This document shows positions 47,794 through 56,322 of a stretch of 64,000 nt of DNA, piece by piece. Origin of the DNA: an uncultured virus (IMG/VR IMGVR_UViG_2739367660_000007). Its lineage: Duplodnaviria > Heunggongvirae > Uroviricota > Caudoviricetes. Each line of letters opens with the position of its first letter. The first letter of the stretch is position 1. The notes beneath the pieces are model-generated. The model saw only the letters and a program-made list of their open reading frames with translations, did no database searches and was not told the DNA's origin. The stretch lies in the IMG/VR virus record IMGVR_UViG_2739367660_000007, one strand, 5' to 3'. The position numbers were made by a program, and so were the translations under genes.

Positions 47794-47999
47794 GTGGTGC
47801 TGCTCTGCTGCCCTGCGAGGTGCTGCCCTGCTGCCCTGCGTGGTGCTGCCCTGCTGCCCTGCTGCCCTGCGTGGTGCTGCCCTGCTGCCCTGCGTGGTGC
47901 TGCCCTGCTGCCCTGCGTGGTGCTGCCCTGCTGCCCTGCGTGGTGCTGCCCTGCGAGGTGCTGCTCTGCTGCCCTGCGAGGTGCTGCTCTGCTGCCCTG
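47794..47999. repeat. Compound tandem repeat, about 9 units of ~23 bp
   Basis: GCG(T/A)GGT followed by 1-3 copies of GCTGC(C/T)CT; 18 GCTGC in total. Confidence 0.95.
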
Positions 48000-48169
48000 T
48001 GATCGGATGCAAGCAGGGGGATTGTGCGCGTTGCGTGCATCCTGGCGCCGATTGATCTGGATTCACCTGTAACACATTGATCTGAATGCGCTTTCCGTGC
48101 ATCTGGCTTTGGGTCCTTCCGGTGGCGGGTGACGGGATGCGGGCAGCCCCGACCCCGATTCATGCACCT

Positions 48170-48880
48170 GTTCAATTTTTCCCTAGTAAAACATCAAGTA
48201 AAACAATGCCTTACACCTAAACTAAACCGTATAGTTTACTTGCAATGTTATAATATAACAAACTGAACCGTTTAGTTTAGTTTCCGGTCACCCGATGCGT
48301 TGCAGTCCGAGGTCGGGGTAGGGCTGCGAAAGCATGTGTTTTCAGGAGATAAGTCGCACACGACAGAATTTTCGGAATCAGGGGAGAAGATGCATTTAAA
48401 TCGACCACGGTTGGGCTTTATGCCGAAATCACGAGGGTAAACAGAGTAGTCAGAGTGTAGACAGGTAGAGTAGTCATGTTAAGTCTTTGTTTTTACAGTT
48501 GAAGTCTCATATTCTACTCTGTCTAGTCTATTGTCTAAGGAAGCAACGTAATAAGGGCAAAGTGTTTTATATCAACCGGGCATATAATGCCGACCAGTGG
48601 TCGGGATAAAAACACCCCTGTACGTATACTATATAAGAAGGGGGTGTAGGCATGTAGTAAGAGTAGCCAATCGTTTTTTTTGTATAAAATTCAATAACTT
48701 AACCTGACTACTCTAGTGGCTACACCCGTGGCTACTCCCAGCAGACTAGTCGGCCTGATTGGAAACGCAGGCAACGGTGGATTGATTTATGTGAATGATC
48801 GACTTGAAACGAAAAAACCCGACGCGATGCGCCGGGTGTAATTCAGATCAATGATGCGTTTAGATCAATCTTAGATATTA
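48170..48880. other. AT-rich non-coding region, candidate replication origin
   Basis: No ORF; direct and inverted AGAGTAG(T/C)CA repeats; directly downstream of the primase-helicase. Confidence 0.55.
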
Positions 48881-51379
48881 TCACAGATCTAAGATTTCGG
48901 TCACATTCAAAGAATACCCGTCTCTGACGTACAGCCTTTGTCTGCCGTACTTCTTCGTTCTGATCTGATATTTAGAGACACGCTGCCACCCCGGAACCCG
49001 GTTTATCGCAGTGCCGATCTTGACCGCAGAAGCCTGATCCAGTTCTCCGATCTTCCGACCCATCATCCCGATCCAGATATCCGCGACGCAGGTGACGTTC
49101 CGCAGGCTTTGCGGTGCGCTCGGGTCAAGATCATCAGAACCTTCTGCCGGCCCCGTGGGCTCGTTCAGCCACGCCTCGATCTGCCCGGAAAGGGTATCGG
49201 CCACCGTCTCGACACGCCGGCTTTCCTGAAGCTCTTTTGCCTCACGCTTCGCGTCGTCGTGCTGGAGGTAAAGGGGCAGGTTCCGCTTTTTGCACGTCCT
49301 GCGCATCTCGACATAAATTTGATAGGCTTCCGCCCAAACCTGGTCGATCACGCTTTCGAGCTTATCCGTGTCGATATCCACGTCATCAGGCAGCTGGCAC
49401 TTGATCGGCCAGAAGCGACGGCCCCCGGTATGGTCCCGCAGATATTCGTCATCATTGGTGCTGCCGAGGAAGACGCATTGACGCTGGAAGATCTGCGCTC
49501 GGCGGGCATAGGCCATTCGCACCTTGTCGAACGTGGCCGAGATGAAGCCCTTGAGCACGTTGGTATCCGCCCGGCTGAAGCCCTGCAGTTCCGGTATCTC
49601 GATGATCCATGCACCCTGAATCTGCTCGACCATCTGCTGCCGGTTATGGAAGTCTCCGCTCAGCTCTGCGAACCACATCGAGCGGCCGAGAATGCTGATG
49701 AAGGTAGACTTCCTCTTGCCCTGCAATCCTTCCAGGATCGGCACGAAATCGAACTTGTGCCCGGGTTCCATGACGCGGGCGACTGCGCCAACAAGGATCA
49801 GCCTCGCGGCCTCCCGATGGTAGGGTGTGTCGTCGCATCCGAGGAAGTCGACAAACAGCTGATCTGCGCGCGACTGACCGTCCCATTCGAGAGACTGAAG
49901 ATACGCGCGTACCGGGTGGAAGCGCATGTTGTTCGCCACGATATCCACCGCGGCTTTCATATCGCGATCGGTGACCTTGAACCCGTAACCGCCCTGACCC
50001 TTGGGCGCCTCGACGACAAGCCGAAGACCCTGATCGTGGGAATCAGTCCAGAGGTGCCCATTCACGGGGTCAGATACGCGCCAAATCTCCGAATCGAGGT
50101 TCAGGACCGGCTTCGCGCTGTCCCGTTTCTTTGACACCCTCTTGGGCTCGTTGATCAGCACCGCCTCGCTCGTGAACTCATTCAGGGCGAGGATGCCGTG
50201 GCATCGAACATCGTTCTGCAGCACGAGTTTGATGTTGTGGAGGGTCGATGTGGGTTGCCCGTCGTCATTTCTGGTCAGATAGCTGGTCCAGTTTTCGTCG
50301 ATCTCGGGGGCTTTGGGTGCGATATCGGGCGGCGCTGCTGCGCCGAGCAACGACATCAGCTCGTCGTCATAGGCAGAATCAGCTACGACTGCCGGCAAGT
50401 TGCGCTGCAACCGGGCTTCGTTCGCCGCCTGAATCACAGTGCGAAAGGTGACCGGCCGAAGGTCTCCCTTGAAGGATTTCCAGACCGATTTCTGGGTCTT
50501 CGGGTCATATTTTGCCGACTGCTTTGACCATTCGCACCAGAGATCGAAGCCTTTTTGGCCACCCTGATACTGATGGTGCAGTGCTGAGCCGAGCGTGACC
50601 CAGGTATCCCGGTCCTCTACCCAGTTTTCCGGCAGATCTTGTACTGCCTTTTCGACTTCTTCGTCTGAAATGTCGACTGGCGCGGTGCGCAGTTCGCGGA
50701 TGAGGTCGTCTTCGTCATCATCGAATGGATTTTCGTCAGAAACGACCTTTGCGCCCCATTTTTCGACCGTTTCCGACGAAATTGCGTCAAAAATACCCAT
50801 TTCGAGGCTGAAAAAGTCAAAAGGACGCTCCCAAACGTAGGCGAGGCCGGTATCCGGGTGGATGCTCGGGGGGATGACCGCATAGGAACCAGTGCCGAGC
50901 AGGTCGATTTCCCAGTGGTTTTTCTTCACATCCCGGTTCTTCGACGGGTCAAAAACCATCGAATATCCGTCTGATTTTGCCAGTTTTCGCTTGGAAAACG
51001 GCTTGTCGGTGACGAACCAGATGTGGCGAGAATGTCCGCCCGATCCGCTGATCACCGAGGGGAAGGTTTCCCACTGCGGAAACAGATCGGACAGGGCTTT
51101 GCGAGCCTCGTCGGCCAGATCAGCGTTGCGAATGTCCAGGTCGATGATGTGGATGAAACCGAAAGGCGTGGCCGAGGGCTGTCCGAGACGGATACCGACG
51201 TTTGATTCAGGCAGATAGGACCGTCGAAGCGCATCCAGATCAGGTCTCGGTTGCGATGACCACTCAGCCTGCCTGGGGTTTTTCCGCCTCGGCTGCAGCC
51301 ACATGAGACAAGCCCCGTTCCCGATCAAACCGGAACAGGCAGACAGGACGCTCTCAAGCGTCAGGGACGTATCCGTCAT
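48881..51379 (-). CDS. Primase-helicase: Prim-Pol + PriCT-2 + VirE/VapE-like ATPase
   Basis: IIDLDIR, SGSGG..RH, VIPPSIHPDTG; W...G.ALH...W.EWS; LEGLQGKRKST and DHTGGRRFWP. Confidence 0.92.
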   Translation of the reverse strand: MTDTSLTLESVLSACSGLIGNGACLMWLQPRRKNPRQAEWSSQPRPDLDALRRSYLPESNVGIRLGQPSATPFGFIHIIDLDIRNADLADEARKALSDLFPQWETFPSVISGSGGHSRHIWFVTDKPFSKRKLAKSDGYSMVFDPSKNRDVKKNHWEIDLLGTGSYAVIPPSIHPDTGLAYVWERPFDFFSLEMGIFDAISSETVEKWGAKVVSDENPFDDDEDDLIRELRTAPVDISDEEVEKAVQDLPENWVEDRDTWVTLGSALHHQYQGGQKGFDLWCEWSKQSAKYDPKTQKSVWKSFKGDLRPVTFRTVIQAANEARLQRNLPAVVADSAYDDELMSLLGAAAPPDIAPKAPEIDENWTSYLTRNDDGQPTSTLHNIKLVLQNDVRCHGILALNEFTSEAVLINEPKRVSKKRDSAKPVLNLDSEIWRVSDPVNGHLWTDSHDQGLRLVVEAPKGQGGYGFKVTDRDMKAAVDIVANNMRFHPVRAYLQSLEWDGQSRADQLFVDFLGCDDTPYHREAARLILVGAVARVMEPGHKFDFVPILEGLQGKRKSTFISILGRSMWFAELSGDFHNRQQMVEQIQGAWIIEIPELQGFSRADTNVLKGFISATFDKVRMAYARRAQIFQRQCVFLGSTNDDEYLRDHTGGRRFWPIKCQLPDDVDIDTDKLESVIDQVWAEAYQIYVEMRRTCKKRNLPLYLQHDDAKREAKELQESRRVETVADTLSGQIEAWLNEPTGPAEGSDDLDPSAPQSLRNVTCVADIWIGMMGRKIGELDQASAVKIGTAINRVPGWQRVSKYQIRTKKYGRQRLYVRDGYSLNVTEILDL

Positions 51380-51390
51380 TACCGTGCCCC

Positions 51391-51678
51391 TTACTTCAGG
51401 AGAAACGGTGTAAGATCAACGTCTTTCAGGGGCTTGCGCTTCGTGCCCGTGGGTTTTGCTTCTGAAAGTTCCAGCAGCTTCTTCGCGTTCGACGGCGAAA
51501 CACGCTCATTGCGGAACATCTGATAGAGGGTCTGCGTTCTGCGACCCATCGCCTCAGCGAGCAGCGTCACTGAGAGGCGCCCGTACTCGTGAAACTCGGG
51601 CAGCCGCTCCGAAATCAGGGCGAACAGCGCAGTTTCCCGGTAATCGAGACCTTTAGGCTTACGCCCGGCCTTGCTCAT
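51391..51678 (-). CDS. Cro-like HTH protein
   Basis: LSVTLLAEAMGRRTQTLYQMFRNERVSP; upstream of the primase at a divergent junction. Confidence 0.65.
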   Translation of the reverse strand: MSKAGRKPKGLDYRETALFALISERLPEFHEYGRLSVTLLAEAMGRRTQTLYQMFRNERVSPSNAKKLLELSEAKPTGTKRKPLKDVDLTPFLLK

Positions 51679-51837
51679 GGGTGTGGTCCTTCTTGCTTGC
51701 ACCGGCACACTAGCATCCCGCTGATGGCAAAATCAACCGTTTCGTGATTTTGTGCAATTTATACTTGAGGCGAGGCGGGCAATGTGTTTATGATTGGTTC
51801 ATTCAAGACGACCATCAACCACCGCCAGGGGAACACT

Positions 51838-52368
51838 ATGCCTGCATTGGAAGACCTTACCGCTGCGCTGACTGCGAACACCGCGGAGATCCAGCGCCTC
51901 ACCGCCATCACCGAAAAGCTGCTCGCAGTCCGCACCGACGCGATCGAGACCGTGAAATCGGCTGCGGCTCCGGTCGACAAGCCCGCGACCTCGAAGAAGA
52001 CCGAAAAGCCGGCTGAAACCGCTGCCGCCTCGGCCGAAGAGAAACCGCAGCCCGCTTCTGCGCCGCCGAAAATCACCATCGACGAGCTGAACGCGATCAT
52101 TTCGGGCGAGAAGAAAGCCAGCGATGACGACATGCGCGCCATGGGCGCCTTCTATGTCACCTTCGGCGGCACCGACACCGATCCCGTTCCGCAGGACGAG
52201 GCCAAGCGCCGCATGGCGACCGTCCGCACCGAGATCCTCGCTCACCCGAAGATCAAGGCCGAGACCATGGCGACGGTGCCCGAGAACATGCGCAAGGCCG
52301 CTGCGAAGAAGATCGGTGACCTGATCGCGGCGATCTCGGCACCCGCAGCCGATCCCGACGAACTCTGA
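51838..52368 (+). CDS. Hypothetical Ala-rich protein (ends DEL)
   Basis: Strong codon bias; first gene of the replication operon. Confidence 0.75.
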   Translation: MPALEDLTAALTANTAEIQRLTAITEKLLAVRTDAIETVKSAAAPVDKPATSKKTEKPAETAAASAEEKPQPASAPPKITIDELNAIISGEKKASDDDMRAMGAFYVTFGGTDTDPVPQDEAKRRMATVRTEILAHPKIKAETMATVPENMRKAAAKKIGDLIAAISAPAADPDEL

Positions 52369-52392
52369 TCCAGGAATCAAGGAAAACGTGAA

Positions 52393-52602
52393 ATGCAACT
52401 TTCCGACAAGCAGCTTTCCGCACTTCGCGCCGTCCGCACGGGTGGCCTCATGCCGATCATCCACGCCGGGGCGCTGAGCGACGCCGGTCTCGTCGAGAAG
52501 CTGAAGGGCCAGCACGCCTTCGGCTCGAAGCGGGGATACTCGGCGGTCATCGCCACGCAGGCCGGCAAGGCGAGGCTCGACGCGAGCAGCGACGAACTTT
52601 GA
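52393..52602 (+). CDS. Hypothetical protein (ends DEL)
   Basis: RBS AAGGA. Confidence 0.65.
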   Translation: MQLSDKQLSALRAVRTGGLMPIIHAGALSDAGLVEKLKGQHAFGSKRGYSAVIATQAGKARLDASSDEL

Positions 52603-52748
52603 TCGGCTTGAATGACTGTCGGTGCCTCGAAAGGGGCACCCTCAGCGATGCTCGCTCCCTGCCTTTGCTGCCTGGGGGTGGGTCAACAGAAGTCCGGCTT
52701 TCGGGGAAGTCGGTCGGATTTCAGAGCGAGCATCGCTGAGGGTGTCAG

Positions 52749-53294
52749 GTGACTGCGAAGATCGAATGGGAAAACGAAGACCTGGCCAGAAAATTCGCTG
52801 GCGAAGGCTATTCGGTCGCGGACGCAGCACGGCTCTGCAATGAGAAGTTCGATCTGTTTCGTTCGAGAGCGAGGCGGAGAGGAATAGTCTTCACGGAACG
52901 ACCGGAGATGACCTTGGCGAAGCATCAGATCCGCAGCCTTGTTGAGGGAATGAAAACCGCCGAGGCTGTTGATTTCTTGCTCAACTACATAGAACTCAAT
53001 GATCGGGCACACGATCCGCACGAAGTTGCGCTTCATATCCGTGATTTTGGCCTGACTCCGAAAGAAGCGCAGCTTTTCGCAATCCTGTTCGAGAAACCTG
53101 GCAGGGTGTTTGACAAAGAGCACCTTCTGTCGCGGCTTTATCCGAACCCTGACGATTATGCGGTCAGCAAGATCATCGACGTTTATGTCTGCAAGATCAG
53201 GAAGAAGCTGAAAGACGCATGGCATCCCGGCGAGATCAAAACGCAATGGGGACTCGGGTATTACTACGAAAAGGCGAAAGAGGATGCGCGCTAA
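52749..53294 (+). CDS. Regulator with an OmpR/CtrA-type winged-helix domain and no receiver domain
   Basis: LTPKEAQL...KEHLLSRLY...KIIDVYVCKIRKKL...IKTQWGLGY. Confidence 0.85.
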   Translation: MTAKIEWENEDLARKFAGEGYSVADAARLCNEKFDLFRSRARRRGIVFTERPEMTLAKHQIRSLVEGMKTAEAVDFLLNYIELNDRAHDPHEVALHIRDFGLTPKEAQLFAILFEKPGRVFDKEHLLSRLYPNPDDYAVSKIIDVYVCKIRKKLKDAWHPGEIKTQWGLGYYYEKAKEDAR

Positions 53295-53664
53295 TAAGCA
53301 TTTCCTCGAACGCTGTCAGCAGCGCGGCATCACGAGAACCAATACGCAAACCCTTTATAGGGAGCTTGTTAAAGCGTGCTCTGATCCTGTGAAATATGCG
53401 GACTTCGTGGAGTTTGTTGTCCGGGGCCTGACACCGGAGGATCGCGGATTTTACCGTTTCCGGGTCGAAGAAGGCGTATTTTATGCCTTTGTGAAAGCTG
53501 ACGGGACGCCTGTAACCGTGGTCGATGGTCGGCAGATCAATATGCACAAGCTGCGTGCAAAAGGGCGCCGTATTCCGCGAGGGGCATGGGAAGAGATGGA
53601 TGTTCTCGGAACATCCGTAAAGGGGAAGCGCAAGTTCTCCAAAAGGCAAAGGGGAGCAGTGTGA
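53284..53664 (+). CDS. Hypothetical basic protein
   Basis: Overlapping operon; HFLERCQQRGI. Confidence 0.6.
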   Translation: MRANKHFLERCQQRGITRTNTQTLYRELVKACSDPVKYADFVEFVVRGLTPEDRGFYRFRVEEGVFYAFVKADGTPVTVVDGRQINMHKLRAKGRRIPRGAWEEMDVLGTSVKGKRKFSKRQRGAV

Positions 53665-53779
53665 GCGTGTTTCTGGACTTCTACACCCATTCGTTCTGGA
53701 CGTGGCTCGGGCTGAATCTCGGCATCTACACCGTTTTTATCGGCATCGCGATGGTAGTTGCTGCTTTCAGGGGTGGAAA

Positions 53780-55078
53780 ATGAGCGCGCATGCCCGTCTT
53801 TCGCCTTCGGCTTGTGCGCGTTGGTCAACCTGCACCGCGAGTGTTCGCTTCGTCGAGGAATTGACTGCACGTCGCGTGGTTCCCGCGGACGATGCGACGG
53901 AATGGGCTGCCGAGGGGACGATTGCGCATCTGGTGCGCGAGATGTGTCTTGCCGAAGGCTTTGAACCTGACGATTTCGTCGGCGCCTGGATGTCTGCCGA
54001 CGGTTTCACGTTTCAGGTGACTCAGGCGATGGCTGATTACCTGTTTGAGGGTATCCAGTGGGTGCGTGAACAGTCTGATGAACTGTTGATCGAGAAGCGC
54101 GTTGATCTTTCCAGCTGGCTGCCGGGGCAATTCGGCACCATGGACGCCGGCTGGTTTCGGTCAGGCACGGCAATCGGTCGCGTTCTTGGGTTGTCCGACC
54201 TCAAGTTCGGCATGAACCCGGTCAGCGCCGAGGATAACGAGCAGCAGAAACTTTACATGCTCGGTCTCTGGGATGATCTCGGGCGGCCTGATTTTGACGT
54301 GGGCATAATCAATATCGACCAGCCGCGGGCGTTCGGCGGTGGTTCCGATATGCCTGAAGAAATGCAGGCCGTGATCGAGGCGAACGACAGCGACATTCCG
54401 TCGGTGGGCATGAAGTTCTGGACCATCAATCAGCCCGATCTAATCGCTTTCGGTGACCGGATCAGGAACGTCTACAACGACATTGCGACGGGCAGGACGA
54501 AATTCGCGCCGTCGATCAAGGCTTGCACCTACTGCCCGGCCCGGCAGGCGCGCTCCGCAACCGGCTACATGGGATGCCCGGCGTTCAATCAGTGGATGAT
54601 GGACATTATGCTCGGTGTCGTCGATTTCCGGCGCCCTTTCGGGGAAGAGATGCCTGATCCGCGCGAACTTGATCCGGCCAAGCGGTTCGAGATCGTTCGC
54701 AACGCGAAGACGTTCATCAAATGGCTGGGCTCACTGCATGCCGCCAGTGTCGAGGCTGCAATGTCCGGTGAACCTGATCCCGGTTCCAAGCTGGTGATCG
54801 GACGCAAGGGATCGCGTGTCTACACGGACGACAGCAAGGCCATTCAGATCATGGTGCCAGTGCTCGGAGACGAGGCACTGAAGCCGATGGCGCCTATCGG
54901 GATCACCGATGCGCAGAACAAACTGAAGCCTGCGCGCAATCGCGCCGGGCACCCGGGCGCTTGGGAGCGCCTGAACGAGATCGTGACGCAGGCGCCGGGC
55001 AAGCCGGTCCTGGTTCCCGATACCGATGCGAGGGAAGCCTATGTTCCTGACACGCATCAGTTTGACGATACCTTCTGA
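53780..55078 (+). CDS. DUF2800 Cas4-like/PD-(D/E)xK exonuclease
   Basis: HARLSPSACARW..C, AAEGTIAH, FGTMD, DLKFG and CTYCPA. Confidence 0.88.
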   Translation: MSAHARLSPSACARWSTCTASVRFVEELTARRVVPADDATEWAAEGTIAHLVREMCLAEGFEPDDFVGAWMSADGFTFQVTQAMADYLFEGIQWVREQSDELLIEKRVDLSSWLPGQFGTMDAGWFRSGTAIGRVLGLSDLKFGMNPVSAEDNEQQKLYMLGLWDDLGRPDFDVGIINIDQPRAFGGGSDMPEEMQAVIEANDSDIPSVGMKFWTINQPDLIAFGDRIRNVYNDIATGRTKFAPSIKACTYCPARQARSATGYMGCPAFNQWMMDIMLGVVDFRRPFGEEMPDPRELDPAKRFEIVRNAKTFIKWLGSLHAASVEAAMSGEPDPGSKLVIGRKGSRVYTDDSKAIQIMVPVLGDEALKPMAPIGITDAQNKLKPARNRAGHPGAWERLNEIVTQAPGKPVLVPDTDAREAYVPDTHQFDDTF

Positions 55079-55090
55079 AAGGAGAAGACA

Positions 55091-55333
55091 ATGGCTTTCA
55101 AATTCAAACTCAACCACGAAGTCATCATTGAGGCGTCGGGTGAGTGCGGCGTGGTTGTCGGTCGCGCCGAATACGCCGACGGCAAACCGCAGTATCTGAT
55201 CCGCTACATGGCGGCCGACGGCCGGGCTGTCGAGCAGTGGTGGAACCAGAGCGCGCTGACGACCCTTCAGGTGCTTCAACAGCATGTGCAGGACATGGGC
55301 ACGCAATCGAAAAGCGGCGGGGCGTCGGAATGA
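55091..55333 (+). CDS. Hypothetical protein
   Basis: RBS AAGGAG; SGE.G.VVGRAEY...YLIRY.AADGRAVE.WW. Confidence 0.75.
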   Translation: MAFKFKLNHEVIIEASGECGVVVGRAEYADGKPQYLIRYMAADGRAVEQWWNQSALTTLQVLQQHVQDMGTQSKSGGASE

Positions 55334-55527
55334 TCGCGGCGTCCAACCCGATCATGCGCTATTTCGAGTATGCGCATCTTCCTCCGCAGCTGCAGGAAGT
55401 GAGCAAGCCGATAGGGGAGCTTGCCGTTCTGATGAACGACAACCTTCCCGATGGTCCCGAGAAAAGCGCCGGTCTGCGGAAGCTGCTCGAAGCCAAGGAC
55501 TGCCTGGTCAGGGCTCGTCTCGGCTGA
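55330..55527 (+). CDS. Small helical-hairpin protein, possibly Acb2/Tad1-like
   Basis: YFEYAHLP..LQEVSKP...LPDGPEKSAGLRKLLEAKDCLVRA. Confidence 0.55.
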   Translation: MIAASNPIMRYFEYAHLPPQLQEVSKPIGELAVLMNDNLPDGPEKSAGLRKLLEAKDCLVRARLG

Positions 55528-55580
55528 AACCTCGAAATCAAGCAACCTGAAACCTGAAACCTGAAAAAGGAAACACGAAA

Positions 55581-56261
55581 ATGGCTACCATCGAAGAACG
55601 CAGCGACGGTCGTACCGTTCAGTTGAAACGGGTGCGGCTGTCGTTCCCCGGCTCGCTCAAGGACAAGAAATCCACGACCAAGGATGGCAGCGGGAGACCG
55701 AAGCATACGGTCAACATCATCATGGATCCGAATGATCCCGTGGGAAAGAAGTACCACGAGGAAAACAAGGCCAAGGTCATCGCTGCGCTTCGTGCTGCTG
55801 GCGAGGCGTACAAGAAGAAGCCTGATCTCTACAAAATCCTGATGGATGACGAGCCGAAGCGCTGCTGTCTCCGCAAGGGCGAGAAGATGAAAACGGCCGA
55901 TGGTCAGGTTCGTGATCACTACAAGGGTACGCTGTGGATCGCTGGCGCCGGGCCGAAGGCTGGAGACGAGCGTCCTGTGCTGAAAGGCAAAGACAAGCGG
56001 ATCATCGGCTACGACGAGATCAATTCGGTCTTCTACGGCGGCGTTTACGCTGACGTTGTGGTCTCCATGTATGGCACCGACAAGGGCGGAAGTGACGGTC
56101 TGTTCAACTCTGTCGAGGTGATCCGGTCGTGGGAAGTCGGTGATCGTTTCCCCGAAGGCGGCGGCGTGCATGTCGACGACGACGACTTCGATGACGATGA
56201 TGATGATTTCGTCGGCATGGGCGGCGGGTCCGACAGTTCCGGTTTCGACGACGAACTCTGA
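55581..56261 (+). CDS. DUF2815 ssDNA-binding protein
   Basis: VRLSFP, FYGGVY and a very acidic C-terminal tail; between DUF2800 and the polymerase. Confidence 0.85.
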   Translation: MATIEERSDGRTVQLKRVRLSFPGSLKDKKSTTKDGSGRPKHTVNIIMDPNDPVGKKYHEENKAKVIAALRAAGEAYKKKPDLYKILMDDEPKRCCLRKGEKMKTADGQVRDHYKGTLWIAGAGPKAGDERPVLKGKDKRIIGYDEINSVFYGGVYADVVVSMYGTDKGGSDGLFNSVEVIRSWEVGDRFPEGGGVHVDDDDFDDDDDDFVGMGGGSDSSGFDDEL

Positions 56262-56322
56262 CGGCATCGGCACCGGGCGGGAAAGGTCTGCGCCCGGTGT
56301 CACTTTTTAATGGATAATCACC

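Noticed and set aside
47660..48175. ORFs over the GCTGC repeat
   Set aside because: Low-complexity translations in several frames on both strands
53780..55078. Cas4 gene serving the mini-CRISPR
   Set aside because: DUF2800 is a standard part of this replication module, 6 kb away, with no cas1/cas2
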